Assembly (NCBI GenBank): GCA_964016885.1
Contig: OZ024743.1
Coordinates: forward strand, 122,512,001-122,576,000
Direction: 5' to 3'
Source: Eledone cirrhosa
Lineage: Eukaryota
Length of the DNA: 64,000 nucleotides
Each line of letters starts with the position of its first letter. The first letter of the stretch is position 1. The notes below the pieces were generated by a model. That model saw only the letters and a list, made by a program, of their open reading frames with translations, ran no database searches and was not told the origin of the DNA. The position numbers and the translations under genes were made by a program. This document shows, piece by piece, positions 43,591-58,139 of this stretch.

Positions 43591-43974
43591 ATTGTTTCAG
43601 CTCTTCATTGCAGAAAATAATCAAATACCTTTTGTTTAATAATTGAGCTTTCTGCTCTATACTACATGTCCTATTGCTTTTGAGTCGGTGCACATAACAG
43701 GGAACAGTTTTAAGAAGGTATTGTGATACCGAGGTGTTATAACGACTAGCAAATCAATGATAACTCCTCCTCACCCTATTTCATTAATTTGCCAGAGTTT
43801 CCTTCGACTGCTTTTTTCTGAGGAGAACAAAAGCCCTTCTCTTACATCTTCGAGAGACATAGATAAACTAGCTTTCTCCTTGTCCGCTTCTAAGGCAATA
43901 CAATTATTTTTTTCTCCAGTAAAATGCTGCCACTATTCCGTTTTAAACTGTAAATTCCCCATATTCGATTGTTG

Positions 43975-44118
43975 ACCGTTGGAGATTTTTCAAGTAACGA
44001 TCCGAGTTCAAATCCTGCTGAGGTTAACGTTGACTTTCATCCTTACGGGGTCGATAAAATAAAGCACCAGTAATGCACTGGGATAATTGCTGGCTTTGTG
44101 CTAAGAGTAGAAACAATT

Positions 44119-44181
<63 letters not shown>

Positions 44182-44196
44182 TAGTAGTAGTAGTAA

Positions 44197-44255
<59 letters not shown>

Positions 44256-44265
44256 ATAGTACTAA

Positions 44266-44306
<41 letters not shown>

Positions 44307-44316
44307 ATAGTACTAA

Positions 44317-44352
<36 letters not shown>

Positions 44353-45235
44353 CAGCAGTAGTAGTAGTAGTAGTAGCTGGAGAGGTATACCTTTTATTGT
44401 TTTTGTTGTCGTTGTCACCGATAGTCGGTAATTAGTTTATTTCGAACAATAGAAACACTTGCCGTATAAGAAAAAGGTTTATAAAACTCATAAATGTATA
44501 AAATACTATATCAAATCTGGGATATCCTTTTCAAAATCAAATCAAATCCCAGCCGTCACTCATCAACCGAGACGAAGCAAACACGTGAGTTCAAACTGAC
44601 AGCTATGATGATTATGATGATAACAATAATTGTTTCTACTATTGGCACAAGGCCAGCAATTACCCAGTACATTACTGGTACTTTATTTTATCGACCCCGT
44701 AAGGATGAAAGGCAAAGTTAACCTCGGCGGGATTTGAACTCAGAATGGCAAGGGCCGTAACTCTATGCGTCAAAGCATGGCGTCCGACCCTCTACCGATT
44801 CTACCACATGATTTCTTATATAGGCACAAGGCCAGCAATTTTGGGGGAGGGGAAAGTCAATTAAATCGAGCCCAGTGCGTGACTGGTACCTTATTTTATC
44901 GACCCTATAAAGGAAAATCAAAGTTAACCTCGGCTGGATTTGAGCTCAGACCATAAAGGGCCGTAATTCTACACGGCAAAACATGGCGTCCGACCCTCCA
45001 CCGATACTACCAATCCATAATGTTTCTACATTTGGTGCTAGGCCATCAATTTGAAGGGAAGGGGAAAGCCGATTAAATCAACTCCAGTGCGTTACTGGTA
45101 TTTTATTTTATCGACCCCGGAAGGTTCAAAGGGAAAGTTGTCCTCAATGGAATTTGAACCCACAACACAATGAGCTGGACAAATATCGCAAGTTATGTTG
45201 TCCATTGATCTACTGATTCTGTCAATCCCCAACTG
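43975..45235. mobile_element. SINE cluster: one + copy (43975-44115), (TAG)n 44119-44376, three tandem - copies (44630-45235)
   Basis: Repeated 'tcgacccc..aaggatgaaaggcaaagttaacctcggcgggatttgaactc' (reverse B box). Further copies at ~32140-32285, 47245-47425, 54760-55100. Confidence 0.85.
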
Positions 45236-45662
45236 TAATATGAATGTTTATATTATTGTTGGATTAAAGAGAAATGGCTGAGTGTTGGATAAAGTGTCTA
45301 TAGATATTTACACTTCATCTCTTTAGAGGCGATCGATTAAATATCTATGCTACTGTACACGATTGATCGTTTTCTCTCATATAAAACGTCTGGCGCTCCG
45401 ATTATGGTAACATTACTCCTATTGCTTTTATTAGGAAATTATTTCTCATGCCATAAAATGGTGTTTCAAATCTTCAGTTTGGATTTTATTACGTAAAGTA
45501 GCAAAAGAAGTTATTGATAAATAGAATTTGCACAAATTGAAAGTAAGCATAAAAACTATGAACGAAAACATTAGTATTGTTTCAGAACTGATGAATTGAT
45601 AAAGCTGATTAATAAATCAAGTAATAAGAATGAATATTATTCTAACAATTTGAAATGTTGCT

Positions 45663-45752
<90 letters not shown>

Positions 45753-45861
45753 ATGAATTTTATACGAATTATCTTGTTGATCTTTGCTTTATCGACAAAA
45801 CTACAACAAAAATAAAAATTTGATAACATTAATGATGATGATAAAGAAAATAATAACAATG

Positions 45862-45897
<36 letters not shown>

Positions 45898-46914
45898 ATG
45901 ATAATAATGACGATGGTGATGAGGGTGATGATGATGATGATGACATATTTCATAACAAAAAAAAAAAAAGGTACCTGAAGGCAATTTCAAGCTGTACCAC
46001 AAATTCATTGTTCAGAAACTGAAACAAAAGATTGGAAATGAAATAAAAAGACACGAAGGGAATAAACGTTCATAACTGTGTTGCACTTTTACTTATATAG
46101 TTTAACATTACTGTTTGTAATTTTCTTTATATTGACTCGAAAAGTGTTTCACGATTTGAAGAAAAACAACACGCTGACATATCTAAAAGTGCTGTTTTAA
46201 CAGTTTTTACGCTGATTGTATAACTGTCGACACTTCTTATCATGTCACTCGTTCTAAGCTTTCAAAGGCTCAGTCAACCTACTTCTAAATTTATGATTCA
46301 AGTGAAGGATTAGTTCGTTCGTGTATTTAAAGTGGATTTGTATTTCTTTAGTATGTCATGCTGATTTTTAATCCTTACATAGGCTTCTTCCCAGTGTCAT
46401 AGTTGAGTGGAACCAGTGGCCCATTTATGATTTTATAGGGTGAACATATTGGTTTATGTTGTTAATACGCATGCGTATCACAGCTTTAATTCGTATCTCG
46501 CTCATACGTATCTCGCTCATACGGAAATTCTCGAGGTTGTGTATATTACAAAGAATAATCGACCAATGGTACTTATTCCTGATATTTATTCTATTAAATC
46601 TACTCTAAATTTAGAACATGAAAATAGTATCTACTTCGCCTCTCTATCAAGATTATTATATCCAACGACACGCTATATGATATAACACACTTAACCGTTG
46701 CACATTCATGTAAATGGTAATAACCCCCCCCCCCCTCTATGCGACGTGTAACTTGGGAATATGTTTTAGTAGTATAGAAATATGGTAGATAATAAAAACA
46801 TCAACGGTAGTAGCTTCAATCATAGTTTTTGGTTAATAATATAGCAATAACTTTAAATACATACATCAGTGTTTGTCCGTGAAACATATACACAAGGTCG
46901 AAACACAAACGAAC

Positions 46915-47082
46915 CAAACTCCAACTGTCACTGCCTCCATCTTTCCCGCTATCCCCATCTCTCCATGGGGGTCCACGCTATGGCCGCCCCGCGGCCCCAG
47001 TGGACAGAATGGAGAAGGCGTTCTCCCAGATGATGGTGAGGGAGACGCGCCGGAAGAACCATTCCAGCTTGCGAGGATCGTA
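46915..47082 (-). CDS. Candidate host-gene exon, product unknown
   Basis: GC-rich island; acceptor tcttgtgtttacag|; possible donor |gttcgt giving a 168-nt symmetric exon (TILASWNGSSGASPSPSSGRTPSPFC...); an alternative frame ends at stop 46978. Confidence 0.45.
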
Positions 47083-48023
47083 CTGTAAACACAAGATGAG
47101 CAGTATGAAAAAGCTTAGCAGCGAAGTCAACAAATGTATGGAAACAATACGAACACGTATAATATCATATAGTATTTGTAATGCCATTCTAATTTTATTC
47201 AAAGGAAAATTCGGACAGTTGTTAATATTCTTCAAGATAATGATTTATAGTATAGGCACAAGGCCAGTAATTTGGGGGGAGGGGAAAGTCGATTTAATCG
47301 ACCCCAGAACGTTAAGGGTAACGATGAAAGGCAAAGTTAACCTCGGCGGGATTTGAACTCAAACCGCAAAGGACCGTAACTCTATGCTGCAAAGCATGGT
47401 GTCTGACTCTACCGATACTGCCAATATACCAAGATAATACGGACTCAAATATTTCTTCCAACAACCCTCATCGCACTACGATAGCTATAAAATATGTCCT
47501 TCTCTCGAGTATTTTTGGTTGGAAAGCGATATGAAAGTGCAGTCATTGCAGATAAGTGCTGCTACTACTATTTCCACATATTTTCGAATATATCAATGCT
47601 TCATTTATATTATTGTTGTTCATACTCCACTTTTTTTCTATACCAAACAAACGTCATTCACTTCACTAATGTTGCTAATGGCTCTAAGGCAAAATGGCAC
47701 ATCTTTCAATTGATATTCGTTAACAATCTCAAACTTCTAGATCCATATTTTACTTTATGTTATTCATATAATTCCATATAAAATTTTACCGATTTAGCTA
47801 CCAGTGATAGTCGAGTAACTAATGATATCCAATTACACAAATTATCTATAATTCCCACAGATTCCCTTGTGATACAGATTTTCTTCTATATTCGTAATGT
47901 TATAAATGTAATAGTTTAATGAAGTCTTAGTATATGCCTTCCTTACGATTTCACTGAATAAAATATTTTCCAACAATAAAATTCATAGCTACGCCACCCT
48001 ACATACATACATACATACATACA

Positions 48024-48054
<31 letters not shown>

Positions 48055-48090
48055 GTGTATACATACATAAATACGTACAAACAAACATAC

Positions 48091-48441
48091 ATGATGGCTG
48101 CCCTCTCGTTATCGAGTATGGCCATTGCACGATATAACAATATTAATAATTATCAATTAATGATATCGTGCAATGCCTGTGCGTGAAGATTTTTTTAAAG
48201 TGAGGAAAGACTGTTCACTGAGCCAAACCCACTCTCTGAGCAACAGTAGCTATAACCCGAAAAAAAGAAAAGATCAACTTCATCAGCAACTACTGAGCCG
48301 CAGGTTTTATGTCGGAGTTATCCCAGTTTCCTGAGTTGCCTTCTCCTAGAAGAATGCTCTGACAAAGGCTAGAGGTCCTTCACTTCCAATGGTTTAACCG
48401 CGCGATCGAGTATCCAGCCCGATTATTTCTATGTCCCCGCG
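48091..48441 (-). mobile_element. Structured repeat subfamily B with (TATG)n tail
   Basis: Reverse complement of 7222-7527 plus 16205-16247, uninterrupted. Confidence 0.88.
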
Positions 48442-49159
48442 CATATACACACATGCATCTACATATATACATACATATGTACATGTGTATATACATATTT
48501 ACACATTTTTGGATGTGTGGGACTGTATAGATCAGCTACTAATTGACAAAACATTTTCCCCAAAAAACCAAAAAAAAACCAATGAAGAATCGTAGGAACT
48601 TCATTATAGTGTGACTGGATTATCAAAAGACCTTTGATAGTACACCATGAATTATCAGGGTTGCACAGTTAGCTGCTATCAAATGCCTGACTAAAACGTA
48701 TTACATCACTTAGGGTTTCGTTTGCTTTCGGAAATATCCTATCAAGGATAAATTCTCGAGCTTCGAACTCATCAGGAAACAAACTCATTTGGACAAAGAA
48801 TGTTCTTAAGTTATCCCAGCCAGAAACGAATTCCAAAAGGCTAAGAACTGTGACGTGGCAGTGGTCAAGTCAGAAAGAATGTGATTGGTGGCTTATGGCG
48901 AGTGGGCTGGTTGCTAGAAAGCGCAGCCCAATATTGTCCAAATTGCATCTCCACCTTATGGGAGATTATCAAATATATACACAAACTAGACAAAGTCACA
49001 GATGTTTTGGCAACCATTCACGATGTGGCTCAATGATGAATTAATAAATTAAATAATCAGAGTAATAATACTATAAAGTATGTCCATAGAATCATTTGAT
49101 TGTATATATATTTTGTATATATATTTGATTTTATTGTATATATATATATATATATATAT

Positions 49160-49640
49160 AAGGAAAAAAAGATGAAATCGAAAATGCAACTGGAGTCTTA
49201 TTTAAAAAAAATATATATATTTATTTGGTTCCTTTACCGGTTTCGCAGTTCTTCTGCTTTTCAAAAGTAGAGTTGAGATGGAGGGTCTGTGGTTTTTCTC
49301 ACATCTGGCTGGTCTCTGAATGTTACTTGTTTTATATGGAAAAAGTGGCCCGAAATGCGAGCTTTTTCGAGAAGTAATCTGATTGGTTGGTCAATAATTA
49401 TAATAAATTTCGCGCCAGTTCGCGTTACAAAGTTCTTCAAACAAGGGGTGTGTGCCACAGGTTGTTTCTTCATATATGAGTGTTTGAATGTCTTTTTACT
49501 TAAAAAAGGGGGCTCACGAAGGCTTTTTTTTTTTTTTTTTAATAAACGTAATTTGATTGGTTATAAATGAAATTATGGTGTCAGAATTCAGATTTTCTAT
49601 TGAATAAAGAAAGTAAAGATATGTATGCTTATTTGTGTGC

Positions 49641-49709
<69 letters not shown>

Positions 49710-50368
49710 GTGTGTGTATGTTTGAATTTCTTTTTACTTAAAGAAAGGGGGCTCACGAAGGCTTTTTTTTAATAAACGTAATTTGATTGGTTATAAATGA
49801 AATTATGGCTGTCACGTGAACAAGTTTTCATTAAATTTTCGCGCCCTTATTTGGAAATCTATTCTGTAGCCATTTTAGAGAATTTTATGACAAGTAAAAG
49901 ATAATGGTCAAGAGAAATTGGATGGGAGAATTGTTCTGTTTCAGTGAATATGGTTAGTTCGCTGGGGTGTCAGAATTCAGATTTTCTACTGAATAAAGAA
50001 AGTAAAGATATGTATGTTTATTTGTGTGCTTGCGTGTGTGTGTGTTTGAATTTCTTTTTACTTAAAAAAAAGGGGCTCACGAAGGCTTATTTTTAATAAA
50101 CGTAATTTGATTGGTTATAAATGAAATTATGGCTGTCACGTGAACAAGTTTTCATTAAATTTTTGCGCCCATTTTCGCTCTTGACCATTATCTTTTACTT
50201 GTCATAAAATTCTCTAATAAGGCTACAGAATAGATTTCCAAATAAGGGCGCGAAAATTTAATGAAAACTTGTTCACGTGACAGCCATAATTTCATTTATA
50301 ACCAATCAAATTACGTTTATTAAAAAAAAGCCTTCGTGAGCCCCCTTTTTTTAAAGTAAAAAGAAATT

Positions 50369-50436
<68 letters not shown>

Positions 50437-51128
50437 AACATACATATCTTTACTTTCTTTATTCAATAGAAAATCTGAATTCTGACACCCCAGCGAACTA
50501 AGCATATTCACTGAACCAGAACAATTCTCCCATCCAATTTCTCTTGACCATTATCTTTTACTTGTCATAAAATTCTCTAAAAAGGCTACAGAATGGATTT
50601 CCAAATAAGGGCGCACAATTTTAATGAAAACTTGTTCACGTGACAGCCATAATTTCATTTATAACCAATCAAATTACGTTTATTAAAAAAAAAAAAAAAG
50701 CCCTCGTGAGCCCCCCTTTTTTTTAAGTAAAAAGACATTCAAACACTCATATATGAAGAAACAACCTGTGCCACCCCCTTGTTTGAAGAACTTTGGAACG
50801 CGAACTGGCGCGAAATTTATTATAATTATTGACCAACCAATCAAATTACTTCTCGAAAAACCTGACATTTCGAGCCCCTTTTTCCATATAAAACAAGTAA
50901 CATTCAGAGACCAACCAGATGTGAGAAAAACCACAGACCCTCCATCTCAACTCTATTTTTGAAAAACAGAAGAACTGCGAAACCGGTAAAGGAACCAAAT
51001 AAATATATATATTTCTTTAAAAATAAGACTCCAGTTGCATTTTCGATTTCATCTTTTTTTCTTTATACTTTCACTCGTGTAGGACACCTTGGTTATTTTT
51101 CATTTTGTAAGAAAAAACCCACTTTCTA
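49160..51128. mobile_element. ~2 kb fold-back non-coding HHR element with internal tandem subrepeats
   Basis: Arms 49160-50170 and 50178-51062 are inverted; HHR variants at 49232-49267 (-) and 50956-50991 (+); (TA)n flanks. Confidence 0.88.
49232..49267 (-). ncRNA. Minimal hammerhead, U3-A8 variant
   Basis: ctt TTGAAAA gcag aagaa ctgc GAAA ccgg TA aag. Confidence 0.65.
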
Positions 51129-51131
51129 ATA

Positions 51132-51187
<56 letters not shown>

Positions 51188-51252
51188 CGTATATATACAT
51201 ATTTAGAATTATGCACAAATAAATATATAGATATATGTATATATATATATAC

Positions 51253-51345
<93 letters not shown>

Positions 51346-51408
51346 CGTATATATACGTATTTAGAATTATGCACGAATAAATATATACATATCTATATAT
51401 ATATATAC

Positions 51409-51519
<111 letters not shown>

Positions 51520-51696
51520 TATACATATATACATACATATATATACATATATATATACATATATATACATATATATATACATATATATACATATATATAT
51601 ATACATATATATATACATATATATACATATATATATACATATATATATATATATACAGATATATATACAGATATATATATATATATACATATATAT

Positions 51697-52306
51697 ATGG
51701 TGGCTGCCAACTCGTTTTCGAGTACGGCCACTACTTTATATCCATGTAGGAGAACCCCTACCGAAGCGCTGAACGAGTGTGACTTTTTAGTCCAGCCAGC
51801 GACTTGAAAACTCTGGTACAAACACTACACTTGTGACAATTATTGACACATAGTGCTGGGCCCATGGTACCATGTGACGACAAGTGCAGAGAGATCTCCA
51901 GATATAAAGCAATGCCTGTGCCGTGAGGCTTTTATAGTGAGCAAAGGCACTGCACAAAGCCAGTCCCACTCTCTTAACCAAGATGATATTTACCAAAAAG
52001 AAGCACAAGTCAACATCATTGGATACCATCAGGGTTGCAGGTGTTATATCAGAGTTTTCCTTCTCCTAGAATTCTGCCTTGACAAAGGCTAAGGGGTCAT
52101 CTCTCCCGGTGATTTTGGATGGCCATTGACTCTTAAGAGCTCCTTTGCCCTTTGACAGGTTTTGTTTTTAGTCCTGCAGGATGTCCAAAGTCACCCTCCT
52201 CACCAAGAAACCTTGGTGGGGTTGCCAGTTTAGTCGCCAACGACCCGACCATGAGACAGGTTGTACTGGGATACATGTTACCAGTAGCACCAACTGGTGA
52301 CCTGAC
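51697..52306 (-). mobile_element. Structured repeat subfamily A, full length
   Basis: Reverse complement of 24627-25235. Confidence 0.9.
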
Positions 52307-52472
52307 ATATATATATAAATATATATATACATACATATATACAACATATATATGTATACAAACATATGCATACATATATATACATATATATATGTATGTA
52401 TGTGTATATATGTATATATATGTATGTATATATATGTATTTATATGTATGTATATATGTATATATATGTGTG

Positions 52473-52513
<41 letters not shown>

Positions 52514-52562
52514 GTACATATATATGTATAAAATATGTATATAAATATATATATATGTATAC

Positions 52563-52616
<54 letters not shown>

Positions 52617-52643
52617 ATATATATATATATATACATATACATA

Positions 52644-52711
<68 letters not shown>

Positions 52712-52716
<5 letters not shown>

Positions 52717-53961
52717 GAAGAGAGAAGAAACATTTAGATATAATTAGTAATAAAATGTATCATACCTAAACTGCTCCTAGATTCCTCGACTACGTAGTTT
52801 CGTGGCATAAACAAAAAACAATACATCATAAAGATATAGAGTCCCTGCGAGGTCTGCCGACTTATCAAGAGGATACCTCATTTTACTAGTCTCAAGAACG
52901 CGTCTACACGACGTGAGAAAGGATCCCAAAAGGCGGAGGGGGAGATAGTCACGCGATATAACGGTCGAGAAACAGAGCTAAGACTCTTATAACCCCGAAG
53001 AAAATACCACAGAGGCGGAGGGGGTATTTATATCGAAGCCGTAGAAGAAGTGGTGAAGGAGGAGAGAAGTATGAGTAATGGCAGCTTTCCAGCAGTCACC
53101 ACACTTCAAAGATTACTCAACCAGAGGGATTTATTAACAATATATTTAGAAACACACAGATACATTTTATTACTAATTATATCTAAATGTTTCTTCTCTC
53201 TTCATAATGTAATTTTAACTCTGATACTGGTTCAGTCTAGTTCAACCGGATTGGTCTGTCCTATTCATTCATTGAGCAACATCGGTGAGGTTGGCACCCT
53301 TAACTCACGGTTGGGTGTGGATGCATTCATGTATATGTGTGTGTCCGCATGTATCTGTGTGTTTCTAAATATATTGTTAATAACTCCCTCTGGTTGAGTA
53401 ATCTTTGAAGTGTGGTGACTGCTGGAAAGCTGCCATTACTCATACTTCTCGCCTCCTTCACCACCTCTTCTACGACTTCGATATAAATACCCCCTCCGCC
53501 TCTGTGGTATTTTCTTCGGGGTTATAAGAGGCTTAGCTCTGTTTCTCGACCGTTATATCGCGTGACTATCTCCCCCTCCGCCTTTTGGGATTCTTTCTCA
53601 CGTCGTGTAGACGCGTTCTTGAGACTAGTAAAATGAGGTATCCTCTTGATAAGTCGGCAGACCTCGCAGGGACTCTATATCTTTATGATGTATTGTTTTT
53701 GTTTATGCCACGAAACTACGTAGTCGAGGAATCTAGGAGCAGTTTAGGTATGATACATTTTATTACTAATTATATCTAAATGTTTCTTCTCTCTTCATAA
53801 TGTAATTTTAACTCTGATACTGGTTCAGTCTAGTTCAACCGGATTGGTCTGTCCTAGTCATTCATTGAGCAACATCGGTGAGGTTGGCACCCTTAACTCA
53901 CGGGTGGGTGTGGATGCATTCATGTATATGTGTGTGTCCGCATGTATCTGTGTGTTTCTAA

Positions 53962-53968
<7 letters not shown>
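52712..53968. mobile_element. Retrozyme-like element: ~593 bp unit, 1.36 tandem copies (+) plus inverted arm
   Basis: 53161-53375 repeats at 53754-53968; 52712-53163 is the reverse complement of ~53350-53801. Confidence 0.88.
53641..53730 (+). ncRNA. Type I hammerhead, U3-A8 variant (minus copy 52783-52873)
   Basis: tcctc TTGATAA gt cggca...tgcc ac GAAA ctacgtag TC gagga. Confidence 0.8.
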
Positions 53969-54017
<49 letters not shown>

Positions 54018-55785
54018 ACCAGTTCTCCATATCACATATAGCCGAATTGCCTGAGAATAACATTACTTATTACTTTATTGTTACTAATCAGAAATTTCTT
54101 GCGGAAAAATATAAAATATCTTGAAACTATTGTTGAAAGCTATGAAATATTTGGTCTTTTATGACAAACAATATGCATTCCTTTTTCCAATTTATCTATT
54201 TTAATGCAATATCAAAGAACAAAAACTTTATTTTGTTATCGAATAATTTATTAAAGTAGCTGTAAATATTTTCAAATTTGAAACTTTGTATATCGATTCA
54301 AATACTTCATAAAGATTTTTGCAACTTAAAAATACACCTTCAATTAGAGCTTGTTACAAATGTGCCATACTGTTTTTAGTTTCTTTGATCACAATAAATA
54401 TGCTTTGGATGTGTTACTATCGTATACTGTGCAATAGAAAACATGTTATTATCTTTGTTAGTGAAACATTTTATTAAAGCGATTCTTATAAGACTATATT
54501 CTAATATATCTTCTATGATTTATAAAAATAGCTACAAAATTACATATTTGAGGTAGGAAGCTACAATGATAAACAATAATTATATGTGTATAAAGCATAT
54601 CAAGAAAAATGTAATATCGATAACTAACACTTAAGCCAAGCTACTTAATCAGATTTGAAAATATTTATAGCTGTCTAAAACTAACATCAATACCTATAAA
54701 TATTTAGTATTTGATGGTTTATTGAAATGGAGCGTTTTTTTAAATATTAATTACTGACATTGGCAAAAAGACACACATTTTGGGCCTGGGGGTGTAGTTA
54801 AATATAATTGAACCCCAAAAGAATGAAAAGCACAATGAAATATATGACGGGATTTGAGCCCCGAATTTGAAGAGACAGGGAATTTTGTTTGGGGTTCAAA
54901 GGATCCTGTCATTATCAACTCTTAATATTAAAATAATTGTTTCTACTTTTGGCACAAGGCCAGCAAATACTCAGTACATTACTGGTACTTTATTTTATCG
55001 ACCCGTAAGGATGAAAGGCAAAGTTAACCTTGGCAGGATTTGAACTAAGTCGGTATTGGGACGTAACTGTGCTGCAAAGCATGGCGTCCGACCCTCTACC
55101 GATGTGATATTGCAAACATAATTTTAGCTAGCATCTTGGCGTAAGAGTTAATCCAATTTCTTTCCTTTACGGCAGTAAGTTTCTTCGGTTAATTTATATA
55201 TCCGACAAGCTTAATTACCCTCTCTAAAACAAGATATTTTGCCTAAAAAACAAAAATCTCAATATAAGAAGCACTATTATTTTATGAAATACAATTGTAC
55301 TATTATAAATTCCGAAATTATTTGTATTAAGACTTATGTTAATGTTATTTAACTTGAATGTTGTTCGGGTAATACATATCACAGTCATCTGTAATGCCTA
55401 GTTTCGTTCAGAAAGAAAGCACCAAGCATATTCAAATGATCATGAATATCTACACCCAGTTTAACTCAAACAAATCTCCATAGTGCATGCAGAGACAGAG
55501 GGTCTGTAAGAACCAAAGTGTAACTTTATATTTTCTCTCAACTTTGAATTGTATTGTCTTTCTCTGATATGATTCAGCCTTTTAATGGTATTAAGTTTCA
55601 TTTTCTAATGTGCATGTTATGTAGAACCAGGCTAGTTCTCATCAAGAAGATCTCTGGTAAAGATCTTTTGTTCTCGTAGTATATCATATCTCTGCCAAGT
55701 TAAATACCACATGATACACTTCCACATGTAGGAGTCAATTGTATAGGCTGTTGACTATGAGTTATCTAATTTTTATATGTATTCT

Positions 55786-56245
55786 AAATAAACATTTTAG
55801 AAAGCCATAGTGATAGCCGCTGGTATTTTTGCATAGCTACGGCTTTCTAAATGTTTATTTACAAACATACTGTATTTCTTTAGAAATACGAAATTCCAAT
55901 ACCTATCTATATACAGCTATCCTCAAAGCTAAATCCTAATTCTATTCTATTATAGGTTGAGCCAACTTGTACAGCTTCATGTGCAAAGGAGATTAATCGC
56001 CTCATTTACACAGGCGAGAAAACTATATTTTCTCGTCTGTTTTTAAAGTCCAGCATTTGCAATAGCGGGAGGGATCGTCCTGACAAGAACCAGGTCAGTT
56101 CGAAATGTGCATCAACGATTGTCCCATTTGCATCTGCTGGACACCGCCAGGTGGCGATAGCCACTGGTGTTTTTGCATAGCAGCGGATTTATAAATGTTT
56201 ATTTATAAATATACCGTATTTCTTTAGAAATGCGAAATTCCAATA
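55786..56245 (+). mobile_element. Small HHR element: ~345 bp period direct repeat plus short 5' inversion
   Basis: 55810-55902 repeats at 56155-56246; HHR 56074-56119 atcgtc CTGACAA gaac..gttc GAAA tgtgca TC aacgat. Confidence 0.75.
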
Positions 56246-56301
56246 CATACATACATATATACATATATATATACATACATATATATATATATATATATAT
56301 T

Positions 56302-56722
56302 GAAAAAGTGAAGAATAACGTAGTCAACAGTACAAAAAAGGGTTTTATTTACAGTTTTACAATTGTTTCACTGATTAAGTTGTCTAAAGATTGCTGAGCC
56401 CTTGAAGCAGTGCCACTCAATTTTAAATACGTTGTTAGCTTTACCAGATCATCGGAGATAACTGTTATATATGTTCAGAATTCAAATTACAGCATCATTA
56501 ATAATATTAATAATAAAGATTGTACTGTTGACCATGTTATTCTTCACTTTTTCAATATTATTACTCCAAGATAAACTTACATAGAAATTCAGTGAAATCA
56601 TAAACTCGCCACCTACGCAAACCCCTTGTTGAGTCAAACAACGCCGTACGCTAAAACTATTCATAATACGAAGTATTCACAACCTCTAACTGGATTACCT
56701 ATAACGATATTTTGTTATCCCT
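56302..56722. mobile_element. HHR element fragment related to 60899-62455
   Basis: Minus HHR 56352-56464: CCGATGA t ctg...cag t GAAA caattg TA aaactg; 56550-56700 resembles the reverse complement of 60930-61065. Confidence 0.6.
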
Positions 56723-56839
56723 TATATATATATATATATATATAAAGAATTAGTATATCTACTAACATATATATACAGATGCATACCTATGCTAGCAAAT
56801 ATATAGGTTTTGTCTTAGTAACTTGGGGATGCAGAACAA

Positions 56840-57130
56840 TTATATGAAAGACGTAAAATAAGAAAATTATAAAAATTAACTTACTAAAATGTCAGTGATT
56901 TTTTCAATGTCTTGGAATTTAGTCCCCGCTTGCTTTTTTCCATCCACTGAATTATTTGTGTATAAATTCGCCTGGGATCTTAGCTGAGAACGACTCCCTG
57001 ATGACGAAATGGCTTCTACATGCTTTCCATTTGGAAAGCATGTTTATTCCCTTTCAGAAATTAATTAGTTGGAGTGAAATTTTAGTAAGTAAGTTAATTT
57101 TTATAATTTTCTTATTTTACGTCTTTCATA
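56840..57130 (+). mobile_element. Small HHR element with inverted terminal fragment
   Basis: 56841-56892 is inverted to ~57078-57130; HHR 56993-57075 actcc CTGATGA ... GAAA ttaattag TT ggagt. Confidence 0.7.
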
Positions 57131-57131
57131 T

Positions 57132-57210
<79 letters not shown>

Positions 57211-57298
57211 CTTTATAAAATTACCTTATAAAATTATGTTTTTTCACAAAAAAGTATTCTGTCTCTTATATATTCCATGTGCCATTACCAACCTCAAT

Positions 57299-57369
<71 letters not shown>

Positions 57370-57469
57370 TTATAAAATTTGTCGATCGACTTTCGTCAAA
57401 TCGGACTGAGGAAACAATGTTTCCGTTGGTCTTTCCAATTGCTAATACTATCTAACAGTTACAACTCCA

Positions 57470-57575
57470 AGTAGAAATAAAGTGTCTTGCTCAAGGACAT
57501 AACGCATCGCCTGGTCCAGGAATCGAACTGACAACGTCACGATTGCGAATCCAATTCTCTAACCAATCAGCCACA
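57470..57575 (-). mobile_element. tRNA-derived SINE head (second family; also ~59800-59897 and ~18980-19045)
   Basis: Reverse strand gtggctgattggttag...gttcgattcc (A and B boxes)...gtccttgagcaagacactt. Confidence 0.7.
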
Positions 57576-57600
57576 CGAATTCACTGTGTGTAAACGTAGG

Positions 57601-57645
<45 letters not shown>

Positions 57646-58139
57646 GAAGTGCAACCGGTACTAGCTGTGAAATTCATGCAAGCCCCGTCAACTTATTATT
57701 CTATGGATATTTATATACAGAGGTAGTGCAAATCCCTTCGGTAAAGTACATAATAATATATTAATGAAGTATAATTGTCAGAAGAAGTAACAAAACACTG
57801 TTTATCACTTAGATAAAATATAATAAAACATAATTTATAGCGTTTCCAGCTTTCACGAGAGTAATCTAGATATAAATTTACTTGTTGTTAGAAGGGTGGT
57901 CAAACCGATGTGACGATGACGATGATGATGATGATGATGATTACCGTCCTATATCGTGTCTTCTAATTACTAAGCGGATTGATCGCAGAAAGTATATATG
58001 TTTTTTATTGTTTTTTTTTTCTAGCTAGAGAAAATACTACCCCAGTGAATAGAAAAAAAATGTAAAAACAGCAGGAGAGCAAAGTGAAAGATCTTTGGAA
58101 CATAATGCCCGAGAAGATATGTTGGTGTTTAATGACAAA

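Noticed and set aside
44630-45235. Tandem repeats as a CRISPR array or tRNA genes
   Set aside because: Diverged SINE copies in a eukaryotic context; no cloverleaf and no repeat-spacer regularity.
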